NCBI GenBank assembly: GCA_964493715.1 | Contig: CAZBPC010000039.1 | Location: forward strand, 1 to 28,344 | Length of the DNA: 28,344 nt | DNA from: an uncultured archaeon | GTDB lineage: Archaea; Asgardarchaeota; Lokiarchaeia; Sigyniarchaeales; SOKP01 | Direction: 5' to 3' | Part shown: in pieces, positions 8,292-15,975 of the stretch | Numbering within the stretch: the first letter of the stretch is position 1 | Layout of the letters: every line of letters starts with the position of its first letter | Program-made: the position numbers and the translations under genes | Notes under the pieces: model-generated | What the model saw: the letters and a program-made list of their open reading frames with translations, nothing else | Told to the model about the DNA's origin: nothing | The model's database searches: none

Positions 8292-9077
8292 ATGAGACAA
8301 CTAAATTACGATGAATTATGTTCTGATATTCAGTCTTGGATCAAACTATATGTACGTTCAGCAGGAGCAAAAGGAGTAGTAGTTGGGTTAAGTGGGGGAA
8401 TCGATAGCGCTGTCACTGCTGCACTTTCGGTCAATGCAGTTGGGAAAAGAAATGTGATTACTGTTGGATTACCATGTGAGTCCATGAATAAAGATTTAGA
8501 AGATGCAAAATTAGTAGCAGAGTCATTAGGGGTTCGATTTTATACTGTAGATCTCTCTTCGACATATAAGGAACTCTTAGGTTCTCTTCCTTCACAAATT
8601 GAAAAAAAAAAAATTTCATTATCAAATATCAAACCAAGATTGAGAATGTTAACTTTGTACTTTATAGCTCAATCAATGGGATATATTGTTGGTGGCACGG
8701 GAAACAGAACCGAGATTGCAATTGGTTATTTCACGAAATATGGTGATATAGAATTACTTAACGTATTTCTACACTAAGGTGGTGTGGATATTGAACCAAT
8801 TGGAATGCTTTATAAAAGAGAAGTAAGAGAGATCGCCAAAATTTTGAAGATCCCCGATAGAATTATTATGAGAGTGCCGAGTGCTGGACTTTGGCCAGAT
8901 CAGACCGATGAAGGTGAAATTGGGTTAACCTACGATGAGCTAGATGAAATCATATATAGAATCGATCACATTTTAACTCTCGATAATTTAAACAATGAAA
9001 ACGTTGAAAAAGTTAAAAATATGATGAAACTTGCTGAACATAAGCAAAAAATGCCACCTTCTTTCAATATCATATAA
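8292..9077 (+). CDS. nadE: NH3-dependent NAD+ synthetase, join(8292..8747,8778..9077), 251 aa after removing a 30-nt intron
   Basis: GLSGGIDS, NIKPRLRM, GTGNRTE and GYFTKYGD in exon 1; GGVDIEPIGMLYK and PSAGLWPDQTDEGEIG in exon 2. Removing 8748-8777 restores TKYGDGGVD. Confidence 0.9.
8748..8777 (+). other. Bulge-helix-bulge (BHB) mRNA intron in nadE, 30 nt, ending in an in-frame TAA
   Basis: Central helix GGUG (8742-45)/CACU (8772-75); 3-nt bulges AUA (8746-48) and AAG (8776-78); intron stem 8749-57/8763-71; exon-exon stems flank it. Cutting after the second nt of each bulge gives exactly the excision predicted from protein homology. Confidence 0.88.
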
Positions 9078-9091
9078 AGAACTATCACAAA

Positions 9092-10495
9092 TTATAAACT
9101 AGAAATTAATCTTCTTATTGTAGTAATACGATTTGTGATTTGTAGTAGTTTTGTTTTTATCTCATCATTCTTTTGTTTATAATGCGAATCGGCAATTGAA
9201 CCCTTGTCATAACTCGCTTCTAAGTCTTTAGAACTTTTTTCAACTGCATATCTTTTTCCTTCCAGAGCAATCAATTCTTGGTAAAGGTCATCTTTATCAA
9301 TGGGTAAACTCTCAGCTGTTTCTACATGATTGAAATCTACAAAGGAATTAATTTGAGGTTGTTCAGTATTTTTAATTTCTATTACTTCAATAGGTTTAAC
9401 TTCTTTTTTTTCAGTAATTTTTGGAGACTGCTTTTCCTTTTTTGATACAACTTGTGGAATTTCTCCAACATGTGAGAGAACATCAAACAAATCCTTCCCA
9501 CTTGATTTGATTGATTCAGTTTCCACTTCTTCTACACTCATGCTTCTAATTTTAGGAGGTTCAACAGAAAAGGGTTGAATATTTTTATCCTCAGTTTTTT
9601 GTACTACTTCAAGAGGTTTACTATCTACCTCACTTACTATAGGCGTTATTTTTCTCTTTTCTGTAATGATTGGTACGTCTATAGTCTCCTCTATTACTGC
9701 AGTTTTAATTTCTGGTTTTTTTTGGACTTTTTTAATTGGGATGGGCGTTAAATCATTATCAAAAGAATTCCTTCCTATCAAACCTTCTGGTTTTGCAGGA
9801 ATAGGAGTAAGATTTTTGACCTCTGCTTTTTTTGGTGGAATTTGAACTTCTTTGATTTCTTCTTTTAGAAGAATCGGAGGAATAGATGAATCTACTTGAC
9901 TTTCAGAATGAAAGTTGATTTTTTTTATAACGGGAATTTTAATTATAGGAGGAGCTAGTGTCGAGGTTTTGGGAGTAATCATCTGAACTTTCTTCTTCTT
10001 TGAAATCCGATTTAATGTTTCGCTTTTCTTATCTAATTCTTTCTTTAATCCGTCAATCGTATCTTTTAGACTATCAATCTCGCCTTTAAATCGTTGAGAA
10101 ACTTCACTAACAATATCATTAACATCTAATTTGGAAGAAGCCTGTGAAAGTTCGCTTAATTCTTCTACTTGCAAGTCATTTACTTCTGTCCGTTCGGATT
10201 TTTGATCCTTATCTGCTAAATCAGGAAAGTTTAGAAATACTTTAATATCTTCTGGCATTGTGGTTTCTGTGAACCAAGAATCTAATGTATCCCATTTTTC
10301 GAGTTTATCTTTTATCACTTCAATAAGATCTTTTTGTTTAGGGGAATCCAGAAAATCTGAGATACTATTGAATAATAAGATTAATTGCTTCCTAGCGTCG
10401 ATTTCTTCATCTGGTGTTGGTTCCCTTTCTGTAAGAGCAAAAAAAATCTCTTTAATCGATGCTAATGACTCCTGAAATTTTTCATCTTCGGTCAT
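9092..10495 (-). CDS. Hypothetical protein: helical N-terminus, coiled coil, long Pro/Lys/Glu-rich linker, helical C-terminal domain
   Basis: 467-aa ORF; coiled coil EIDSLKDTIDGLKKELDKK; repeated LTPIP/ITPI motifs. Confidence 0.8.
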   Translation of the reverse strand: MTEDEKFQESLASIKEIFFALTEREPTPDEEIDARKQLILLFNSISDFLDSPKQKDLIEVIKDKLEKWDTLDSWFTETTMPEDIKVFLNFPDLADKDQKSERTEVNDLQVEELSELSQASSKLDVNDIVSEVSQRFKGEIDSLKDTIDGLKKELDKKSETLNRISKKKKVQMITPKTSTLAPPIIKIPVIKKINFHSESQVDSSIPPILLKEEIKEVQIPPKKAEVKNLTPIPAKPEGLIGRNSFDNDLTPIPIKKVQKKPEIKTAVIEETIDVPIITEKRKITPIVSEVDSKPLEVVQKTEDKNIQPFSVEPPKIRSMSVEEVETESIKSSGKDLFDVLSHVGEIPQVVSKKEKQSPKITEKKEVKPIEVIEIKNTEQPQINSFVDFNHVETAESLPIDKDDLYQELIALEGKRYAVEKSSKDLEASYDKGSIADSHYKQKNDEIKTKLLQITNRITTIRRLISSL

Positions 10496-10761
10496 CGAGA
10501 TTAGTTAAGAAGTTATTATTATTTTGTGTAATTTAATTCTATTTAAGAATTTAATAACATTTTACTAATTTATTTTTATGTAATATCCTCAATAAATCTA
10601 TTCACTATCCACTCCAAGATAGAAATGATACTCAAAAAATAAACTGAAACATTCTTGGAATGACTCGAAAAATTATTGATAAAATTAATAAAGTTCAAAT
10701 TTTACAATGGATTAATCAATCATATTAGATATATTGAATAAAAAACTAAGGTGTATATCAG

Positions 10762-11154
10762 ATTAGCAGAGCCGAGAAATGGGCTATTATTCATCTATTC
10801 AGCTCATATAATAATACCATAGTGACCGCAACCGATTTGAGTGGTGGCGAGACCTTCGCAAAATGCACTGGTGGAATGGTTGTAAAAGCAAGTAGAGATG
10901 AATCCAATCCGTATGCTGCGATGCAATGCGGATTTAGAGTAGCAAACGACATACGCGATAAGGGCATCACAGGTGTTCACATTAAGGTAAGGGCTCCAGG
11001 AGGAAACAAGAATACAACCCCTGGACCAGGAGCACAAGCATGCATAAGAGCACTTGCCCGTTCGGGCTTGAAAATCGGGCGTATAGAAGAAGTAACACCA
11101 AGATCTCACGACCACTGTCGCCGTAAGGGCGGTCATAGGGGACGACGTGTTTAA
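10762..11154 (+). CDS. rps11: 30S ribosomal protein uS11, 130 aa, probable ATT start
   Basis: The conserved N-terminus [17 protein letters not shown] lies upstream of the track's GTG (10822). TPGPGAQA and [11 protein letters not shown] present. In-frame TAA at 10747-49, AAGGTG at 10748-53, ATT at 10762. Confidence 0.93.
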   Translation: MSRAEKWAIIHLFSSYNNTIVTATDLSGGETFAKCTGGMVVKASRDESNPYAAMQCGFRVANDIRDKGITGVHIKVRAPGGNKNTTPGPGAQACIRALARSGLKIGRIEEVTPRSHDHCRRKGGHRGRRV

Positions 11155-11408
11155 AGAGCTTTTTTTATTATCTAATCTTTAGTTTAGCGGATATATCTCT
11201 TTGATTAAATTCTGTTCTCATCTCGCCATAAAAGTGCCAATCTTTCGAATTAAGCGTAAACGTAAACAGAAAAAATTATTACCGGTGGGAAGGAATGTAT
11301 TTGCGATTTTATCAAATTTAAACTCGGGAATGTTGGTTAACTTTTCATTTGTTTGTGGCTCAAATTTTTATTATTTCTGCTCTGAAATTTTCGAGGTTTG
11401 ATATTTTC

Positions 11409-11440
11409 TTGATATTAAAATCTTAAGATTTCAACATCAA
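11409..11440. repeat. Imperfect 32-bp palindrome upstream of the TA module
   Basis: ttgatattaAAATCTTAAGATTTcaacatcaa: 14 of 16 symmetric positions are complementary, with a perfect 14-bp core at 11418-11431. Confidence 0.55.
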
Positions 11441-11502
11441 TGGTGAGTTTCGATACATGTAATATCTCTATCCTCATCAAAAATATTAATATAGAAGAGA
11501 AG

Positions 11503-11524
11503 CTTTGTATACTAGTATACAAAG
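11503..11524. promoter_or_regulatory. Perfect 22-bp palindrome, probable antitoxin autoregulatory operator
   Basis: CTTTGTATACTAGTATACAAAG is its own reverse complement and contains two GTATAC hexamers. It lies between an AT-rich TATA-like stretch (~11482-93) and the SD at 11531. Confidence 0.7.
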
Positions 11525-11541
11525 AAAAAAAGGTGATTTTC

Positions 11542-11817
11542 ATTAGCACCGTACGAGTTGATAAGAGACATCTAAAATTATTGGATAAATTGATTTCACA
11601 TTTAACTTTAAGAGGAAAAAAAATAAGTAAAAAGGATCTTATTGCCAAATTGATTGAAGAGGCAATGACTGCAGAAGGTCTTGAAGAGAATGAATCCCCA
11701 GACTCAATAATCGATGATTATGCATGGAAAGGATTGGATAATGTTTTTGAGTTAGGTATTAAAGATTTATCAGAAAAAGTTGATGAAGTTTTATATCAAA
11801 TTAACGAGGAAGAATAG
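11542..11817 (+). CDS. Putative VapB-type antitoxin (RHH-like N-terminus, acidic C-terminus), 91 aa, probable ATT start
   Basis: (M)STVRVDKRHLKLLDKL...SKKDLIAKLIEEA; C-terminal DLSEKVDEVLY; abuts a PIN toxin; AGGTGA at 11531-36 lies 5 nt before ATT. In-frame GTG at 11533 and ATG at 11440 are alternatives. Confidence 0.72.
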   Translation: MSTVRVDKRHLKLLDKLISHLTLRGKKISKKDLIAKLIEEAMTAEGLEENESPDSIIDDYAWKGLDNVFELGIKDLSEKVDEVLYQINEEE

Positions 11818-12228
11818 ATGGTTGTTTTTTTAGATACGGGATTTATCTTAGCAGTTAAGAATAGGGATGATAAGAACTTTGAAATTGCTCAATCTTTGAT
11901 GAGACGGTTTCTAAAAAATGAATTTGGGGAAATTATTACCTCTACATTAGTATTTAATGAATTAGTAACTTTAGCGTTAGTAAGAATAAAACGTCCTGAT
12001 TTTGCGATAGAGATAGGTAACTATATTTTAAAAAGTAGAAAGATAAAATTGCTAAGTCTTACTGATGATGACTTTAAGAATTCTTGGGAGATATTTCAAA
12101 AATATAAGGAAAAAAGATTATCCTTTACCGATAGTTCCATTTTAACTCATTGCAAGCGACTAAACTGTAATTTTTTAGCTACTTTTGATAAGCATTTTAA
12201 AGGTTTAATACACTCGAATTTAAGTTAA
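11818..12228 (+). CDS. vapC: PIN-domain VapC toxin
   Basis: Motifs VFLDTGF, VFNELVT, LSFTDSS and LATFDKHF; starts immediately after the upstream stop codon. Confidence 0.9.
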   Translation: MVVFLDTGFILAVKNRDDKNFEIAQSLMRRFLKNEFGEIITSTLVFNELVTLALVRIKRPDFAIEIGNYILKSRKIKLLSLTDDDFKNSWEIFQKYKEKRLSFTDSSILTHCKRLNCNFLATFDKHFKGLIHSNLS

Positions 12229-12331
12229 ACTCAACGTGCCTTTTTAAGTAGTGAACACATATAGAAATAAATTACTATAATGTATTAGGATTTTCTTAAT
12301 GTTTTAACGTTTTAATCTTCAAGTTGCTCTC

Positions 12332-12508
12332 TTACTTGACGTTTTTATTCAGATTTTTAGACTTCCATGACTTCAAGTAGCTCTCGAAGGAATCGGCAGG
12401 TAACCCTATGGAGTTAATACGCCTTAATTCCCTGGGCTTACTTTTCTTTTTTTCGGAAATGTTTTTGAAACTATTTTCCCAATCATAATATGAACAAGGT
12501 TTTTCCAT
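12332..12508 (-). CDS. Candidate small basic protein (58 aa), below the ORF-track cutoff
   Basis: MEKPCSYYDWENSFKNISEKKKSKPRELRRINSIGLPADSFESYLKSWKSKNLNKNVK; TTTATTA about 25-30 nt upstream of the ATG (leaderless geometry). Confidence 0.4.
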   Translation of the reverse strand: MEKPCSYYDWENSFKNISEKKKSKPRELRRINSIGLPADSFESYLKSWKSKNLNKNVK

Positions 12509-12789
12509 GATGAAAGAAGAGAAAGTTGACCTAATAAATTGCAGGAGTGTTTTAGATTAGAGAATTTTCGATAGCTTTTTTCTGTGTAAAAAGATTGGAT
12601 AAGTCGGATTTTAGTCGATATAATAAGAGGAAGAAAGTAAAAGATAATGAGAATATATAGACAAACGCCTTGATCTTTCTTTTTTGATTTATATATAATC
12701 TTAATTGGAAATGAGATAATGAATAGAGCAAGATAGAATAAAAGATCTTAAATTCTTTAAGTAAAAAAGAATATACGGATGAAAGATGT

Positions 12790-13299
12790 TTAATTCTTTG
12801 ATATTTCTTTTATTTGCGCGAATGGACTACTTGGAGCATATCTTATAAGATTTTCTTCATCTAATTTTACGATATAAGAAGGAGCGTTGATTAATTTATC
12901 TCCGATTGCGACATGTTTGTGAATTATCCTTTGTCGGGCTTCATATACCGTTTTAGTTAGACCTTTTTCAAACACGAGAGTTTGAAGCCTTCTCTTCAAG
13001 ATATCATCTACAGTGAGAAGAAGAACATCTTCAAATTGAGCTTCGGAACCAATAACACCGAGACGGTTTAATGTTCTGATTAGTTCTTGTTGAACTTTTT
13101 TTGCTTTTTCTTGTGGTAAGGATCTAGACTCACGTGCAATTTTTCTCCAATTACCCAAGACTGACCTCATCTTCCAGAATTCACGCTTATTTCGCAGACC
13201 ATACTTTCCGATAAATTCTAATTCTTCGGTAATTCGTTCCTTTTCAAAAGGATGTTTTGGTTTTTTGAACTTTTTCTTTAGACGACGTGGATCTCCCAT
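12790..13299 (-). CDS. rps4: 30S ribosomal protein uS4
   Basis: MGDPRR, YGLRNKRE, ILKRRLQTLV and ARQRIIHKHV; AGGTGA 6 nt upstream of the ATG. Confidence 0.97.
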   Translation of the reverse strand: MGDPRRLKKKFKKPKHPFEKERITEELEFIGKYGLRNKREFWKMRSVLGNWRKIARESRSLPQEKAKKVQQELIRTLNRLGVIGSEAQFEDVLLLTVDDILKRRLQTLVFEKGLTKTVYEARQRIIHKHVAIGDKLINAPSYIVKLDEENLIRYAPSSPFAQIKEISKN

Positions 13300-13309
13300 G
13301 ATATTTCAC

Positions 13310-13795
13310 CTAAGGTTGGCCTCTCTTTTTCCGCACGACTCCAATTACTAAGCCATGGCGGCCAGTGCTTTTAGTTCTTTGACCTCTTACTTTTAATTTA
13401 TTATGATGTCGAACACCTTTATAACTTCTTATTCGTTTCATGCGATCGATGTCTTGTTTTGTTTGTAAATCAAGAGAATTACCTAAAATATGTTTATCTT
13501 CACCAGTTCTCAAATCTTTTTTCCGATTAACCATCCAATATGGTATTCCGTTTTCAATTGGTTTCATCATGATTTCTTCAAGCTTATTGAGATCTTTCTC
13601 GGGTAAGGCGCCCATCCTCATTTGAGGGTCAATTTCAGCAATCCTTACTATAGCTTGAGCTAATCTTCTACCGACTCCACGAATTTGAGTTAACCCATAT
13701 TCTACTAGGGCATTTCCATCTATTTGAGAACGTAGATTTCTGAAGAAGATCTTTTCTCGAAAGTGTTTTGGTCTAAATGCAGGTAAAATACTCAT
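13310..13795 (-). CDS. rps13: 30S ribosomal protein uS13
   Basis: LTQIRGVGRR, IPYWMVNRKKD and SYKGVRH...KVRGQRTKSTGR. Confidence 0.97.
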   Translation of the reverse strand: MSILPAFRPKHFREKIFFRNLRSQIDGNALVEYGLTQIRGVGRRLAQAIVRIAEIDPQMRMGALPEKDLNKLEEIMMKPIENGIPYWMVNRKKDLRTGEDKHILGNSLDLQTKQDIDRMKRIRSYKGVRHHNKLKVRGQRTKSTGRHGLVIGVVRKKRGQP

Positions 13796-13912
13796 TATAA
13801 ATTCAATCTTAAATTTAATATTAATCTTTTTAATGTGAAATTTAATATTAATTTTGTGGTTTTTAGCACATACACATTGTAAAAAGCTACTATTAAAACA
13901 AAGAATCTAAAC

Positions 13913-13931
13913 AAATGTTAACTTAACATTT
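13913..13931. repeat. Perfect 9-bp inverted repeat between the frhB-like gene and rps13
   Basis: AAATGTTAA-C-TTAACATTT. Confidence 0.5.
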
Positions 13932-13960
13932 AAAAGTCAACAACAGCAGAAAATTAGGGA

Positions 13961-15442
13961 TTAATAGCTTGGAAATCGATGATTTTTTTTTCTTTTTTCA
14001 TCCACGTGTTTATGACAGTTAACTTTTTTCGATCTTGCTGCTTTTTGGAGCATTGATAATCCCGGTTTGACCTTATTAAAGTTTACTGATTCAATAATAT
14101 CGTTAGCAACTAACTCTTCATAAAGTTTTTTTCCTTCGGGAGTTCGTATTATTACTGTATTCCAACCTGAAGGAGAACCTATTGACCCTATAGAAATATC
14201 AGCTGATTCAGAAGTAAGATCATAGCAAACTTTGCAATCGTGTCTAGCCAAGTGAGTGATTTCTTTTATAGGAACTGAAAATTCATTTCCATCATTGGTA
14301 TAAATGAAGAAATTACCCTTATTAATATCAGTTTTACTCACATCTGATTCATTTGCATTAACTAAATTACATATTTTCAAAAACCCATCTTCATAAGAAA
14401 AAGATTCCATGCAGAAGATACCAATTCGATAAACAGGCTTGGAGAATTCGAATTTGCATAACTTGGATTTTAATAGGGCCTGCATCTGGCATGGAACTCC
14501 GACTATGGCATAGTTTTCATTTATAAGTTTCTTAGCATTTAATAAGCTTAAATTTGGGTTATTCACATATTTTGTTCCTGCTGAAATTAGGACGTCTTCC
14601 TTTGACCCTAACATAAAAGGCATAGGTCTCCAAGGATCTTCGCTCATTGTTGCTCCTAATGCCATGGTAATTTGTTGACTATTAAATAAATAATAAAGAC
14701 AGCTACTAGCGATACCTCCATCTTGGCAAACGCTCTTAATATCTGAAATTTTTGTTCGGGCTGAAAAGATATCGATATAAGGTCCAAATTGACCATGATA
14801 CTCAACTTCATTGCATTGCGTTTGCTCCATATGCATACTCATTGTCGGTAAAAATGTTCTAGGACAGATATAATAACAAAGTCCACATCTTATACAATAA
14901 TCATCATCAACTTTTCCGATACCATTAATAATCTCAATACAATTAACAGGGCATATCCCTGCGCACATCCCGCATCCAGAACATATATTTGCGTCGAATA
15001 TTACTTGAACAGGTTCATAAACAGTCTTTCCAGGAATTATAGAATTTATTTTTATATTAAAATCAACTAAATTACTAAAACTTGAATTTTCATTATCAGT
15101 ATCTATTTTATCATTTATATCCTCAATAATCACTAATTTTTCATGTTTCAATAATGTTAAAAGAGTTAAAATGGTCTTCAAATCAACCTTTTTATTTATC
15201 GTGAATGTTTTTAAATCTTCAAGATTACTTTCAGATTTTTTTTTTAAGAAAGCTAGTAATTCGAATTTTAATTGTTCAAAATCAAACATATCGAAAAACA
15301 GGGCATGATATTGATCTTCATTGTAAACGCCTGCTTTCAAAATATCCTCTTTTCCGTCAATCAAAGCTCGAATCCTAAATGAGTCTAAACTTTCAGCCAC
15401 ATTTTTTAAAAATTCCCATGTTAATGATTTTTCAGAATTCAT
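13961..15442 (-). CDS. Coenzyme F420 hydrogenase/dehydrogenase beta-subunit (FrhB-like) with a 2[4Fe-4S] ferredoxin domain and ~140-aa N-terminal extension
   Basis: CSGCGMCAGICP and CIRCGLCYYICP; QDGG, AGTKY, VGVPCQ, IGIFCMESF, CKVCYD and ADISIGSIGSPSGW. Confidence 0.88.
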   Translation of the reverse strand: MNSEKSLTWEFLKNVAESLDSFRIRALIDGKEDILKAGVYNEDQYHALFFDMFDFEQLKFELLAFLKKKSESNLEDLKTFTINKKVDLKTILTLLTLLKHEKLVIIEDINDKIDTDNENSSFSNLVDFNIKINSIIPGKTVYEPVQVIFDANICSGCGMCAGICPVNCIEIINGIGKVDDDYCIRCGLCYYICPRTFLPTMSMHMEQTQCNEVEYHGQFGPYIDIFSARTKISDIKSVCQDGGIASSCLYYLFNSQQITMALGATMSEDPWRPMPFMLGSKEDVLISAGTKYVNNPNLSLLNAKKLINENYAIVGVPCQMQALLKSKLCKFEFSKPVYRIGIFCMESFSYEDGFLKICNLVNANESDVSKTDINKGNFFIYTNDGNEFSVPIKEITHLARHDCKVCYDLTSESADISIGSIGSPSGWNTVIIRTPEGKKLYEELVANDIIESVNFNKVKPGLSMLQKAARSKKVNCHKHVDEKRKKNHRFPSY

Positions 15443-15490
15443 GATAATAATTTTATTTTAAATTACTGATCCGAATACCCGCGCTTAGGG

Positions 15491-15534
15491 TAAGTTACCT
15501 TTCAACTATAATTTTTTTGAAAGGCTCATTCTAC
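15491..15534 (-). promoter_or_regulatory. Candidate SECIS-like element at the mvhD stop / 3' UTR
   Basis: mRNA GUAG-A-AUGA-GCCUUUCAA-[AAAAAUUAUAG]-UUGAAAGGU-AAC-UUAC: AUGA, a 9-bp helix and an A-rich apical loop. The 3' side has AA where the eukaryotic consensus has GA. Confidence 0.55.
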
Positions 15535-15956
15535 TTCGGGTTTAATTTATATTTTGGCAAGGGAGGCAATGCACGGACTTTACTAGTTATATCTTCTACT
15601 GAAGCCACAAACTTTTCTACTTCTGCAGCAGCACAGAAATACTGTTGAATCCTATCTTCATTTATTCCAATATGATTAAACAGATTTTTTAGAAATATGA
15701 CGTGTTTATTAGTATTCATATTAGCTCTACCATAATCACATTCATCCTCATGGCATGATATTATTGCTACTCCGTCTGCACCTCGTAGAAAACTATCCAT
15801 TATCAAATGAATCCCAATTCTTCCAGTACATCTTACACGAATCAAATGAAAGTCAGTTGAATATTTTTTACGAGTCGTTCCAGTCAAATCAGCAACAGAA
15901 TAGCCTCACTTTTCACAACCAAATGCTATAATCTTTCTTTCTTTAGTAGTATCCAT
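15531..15956 (-). CDS. mvhD: Hydrogenase [2Fe-2S] delta subunit MvhD/VhuD, selenoprotein (UGA at 15906-15908, codon 17), 141 aa
   Basis: MDTTKERKIIAFGCEK*GYSVADLTG matches the MvhD CxxC-x-Y-xx-AD motif; also IRVRCTGRI, GADGV and CHEDECDY. Alternative ATG at 15965. Confidence 0.9.
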
Positions 15957-15975
15957 CTTAATCATAACTATAAGT

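Noticed and set aside
8292-9077. nadE as a pseudogene, two separate genes, or stop-codon readthrough
   Set aside because: Readthrough would leave 10 extra residues in the active-site motif. Both halves are undegraded, and the insert boundaries coincide exactly with BHB cleavage sites.
11201-11401. 66-aa plus-strand ORF, and a short open stretch on the minus strand
   Set aside because: TTG start, no SD and no recognisable family; cannot be distinguished from chance or a decayed relic.
11440-11541. N-terminal 34 codons of the track's 125-aa ORF
   Set aside because: They overlap the TATA-like stretch, the operator palindrome and the SD; antitoxin-like sequence begins at STVRVD.
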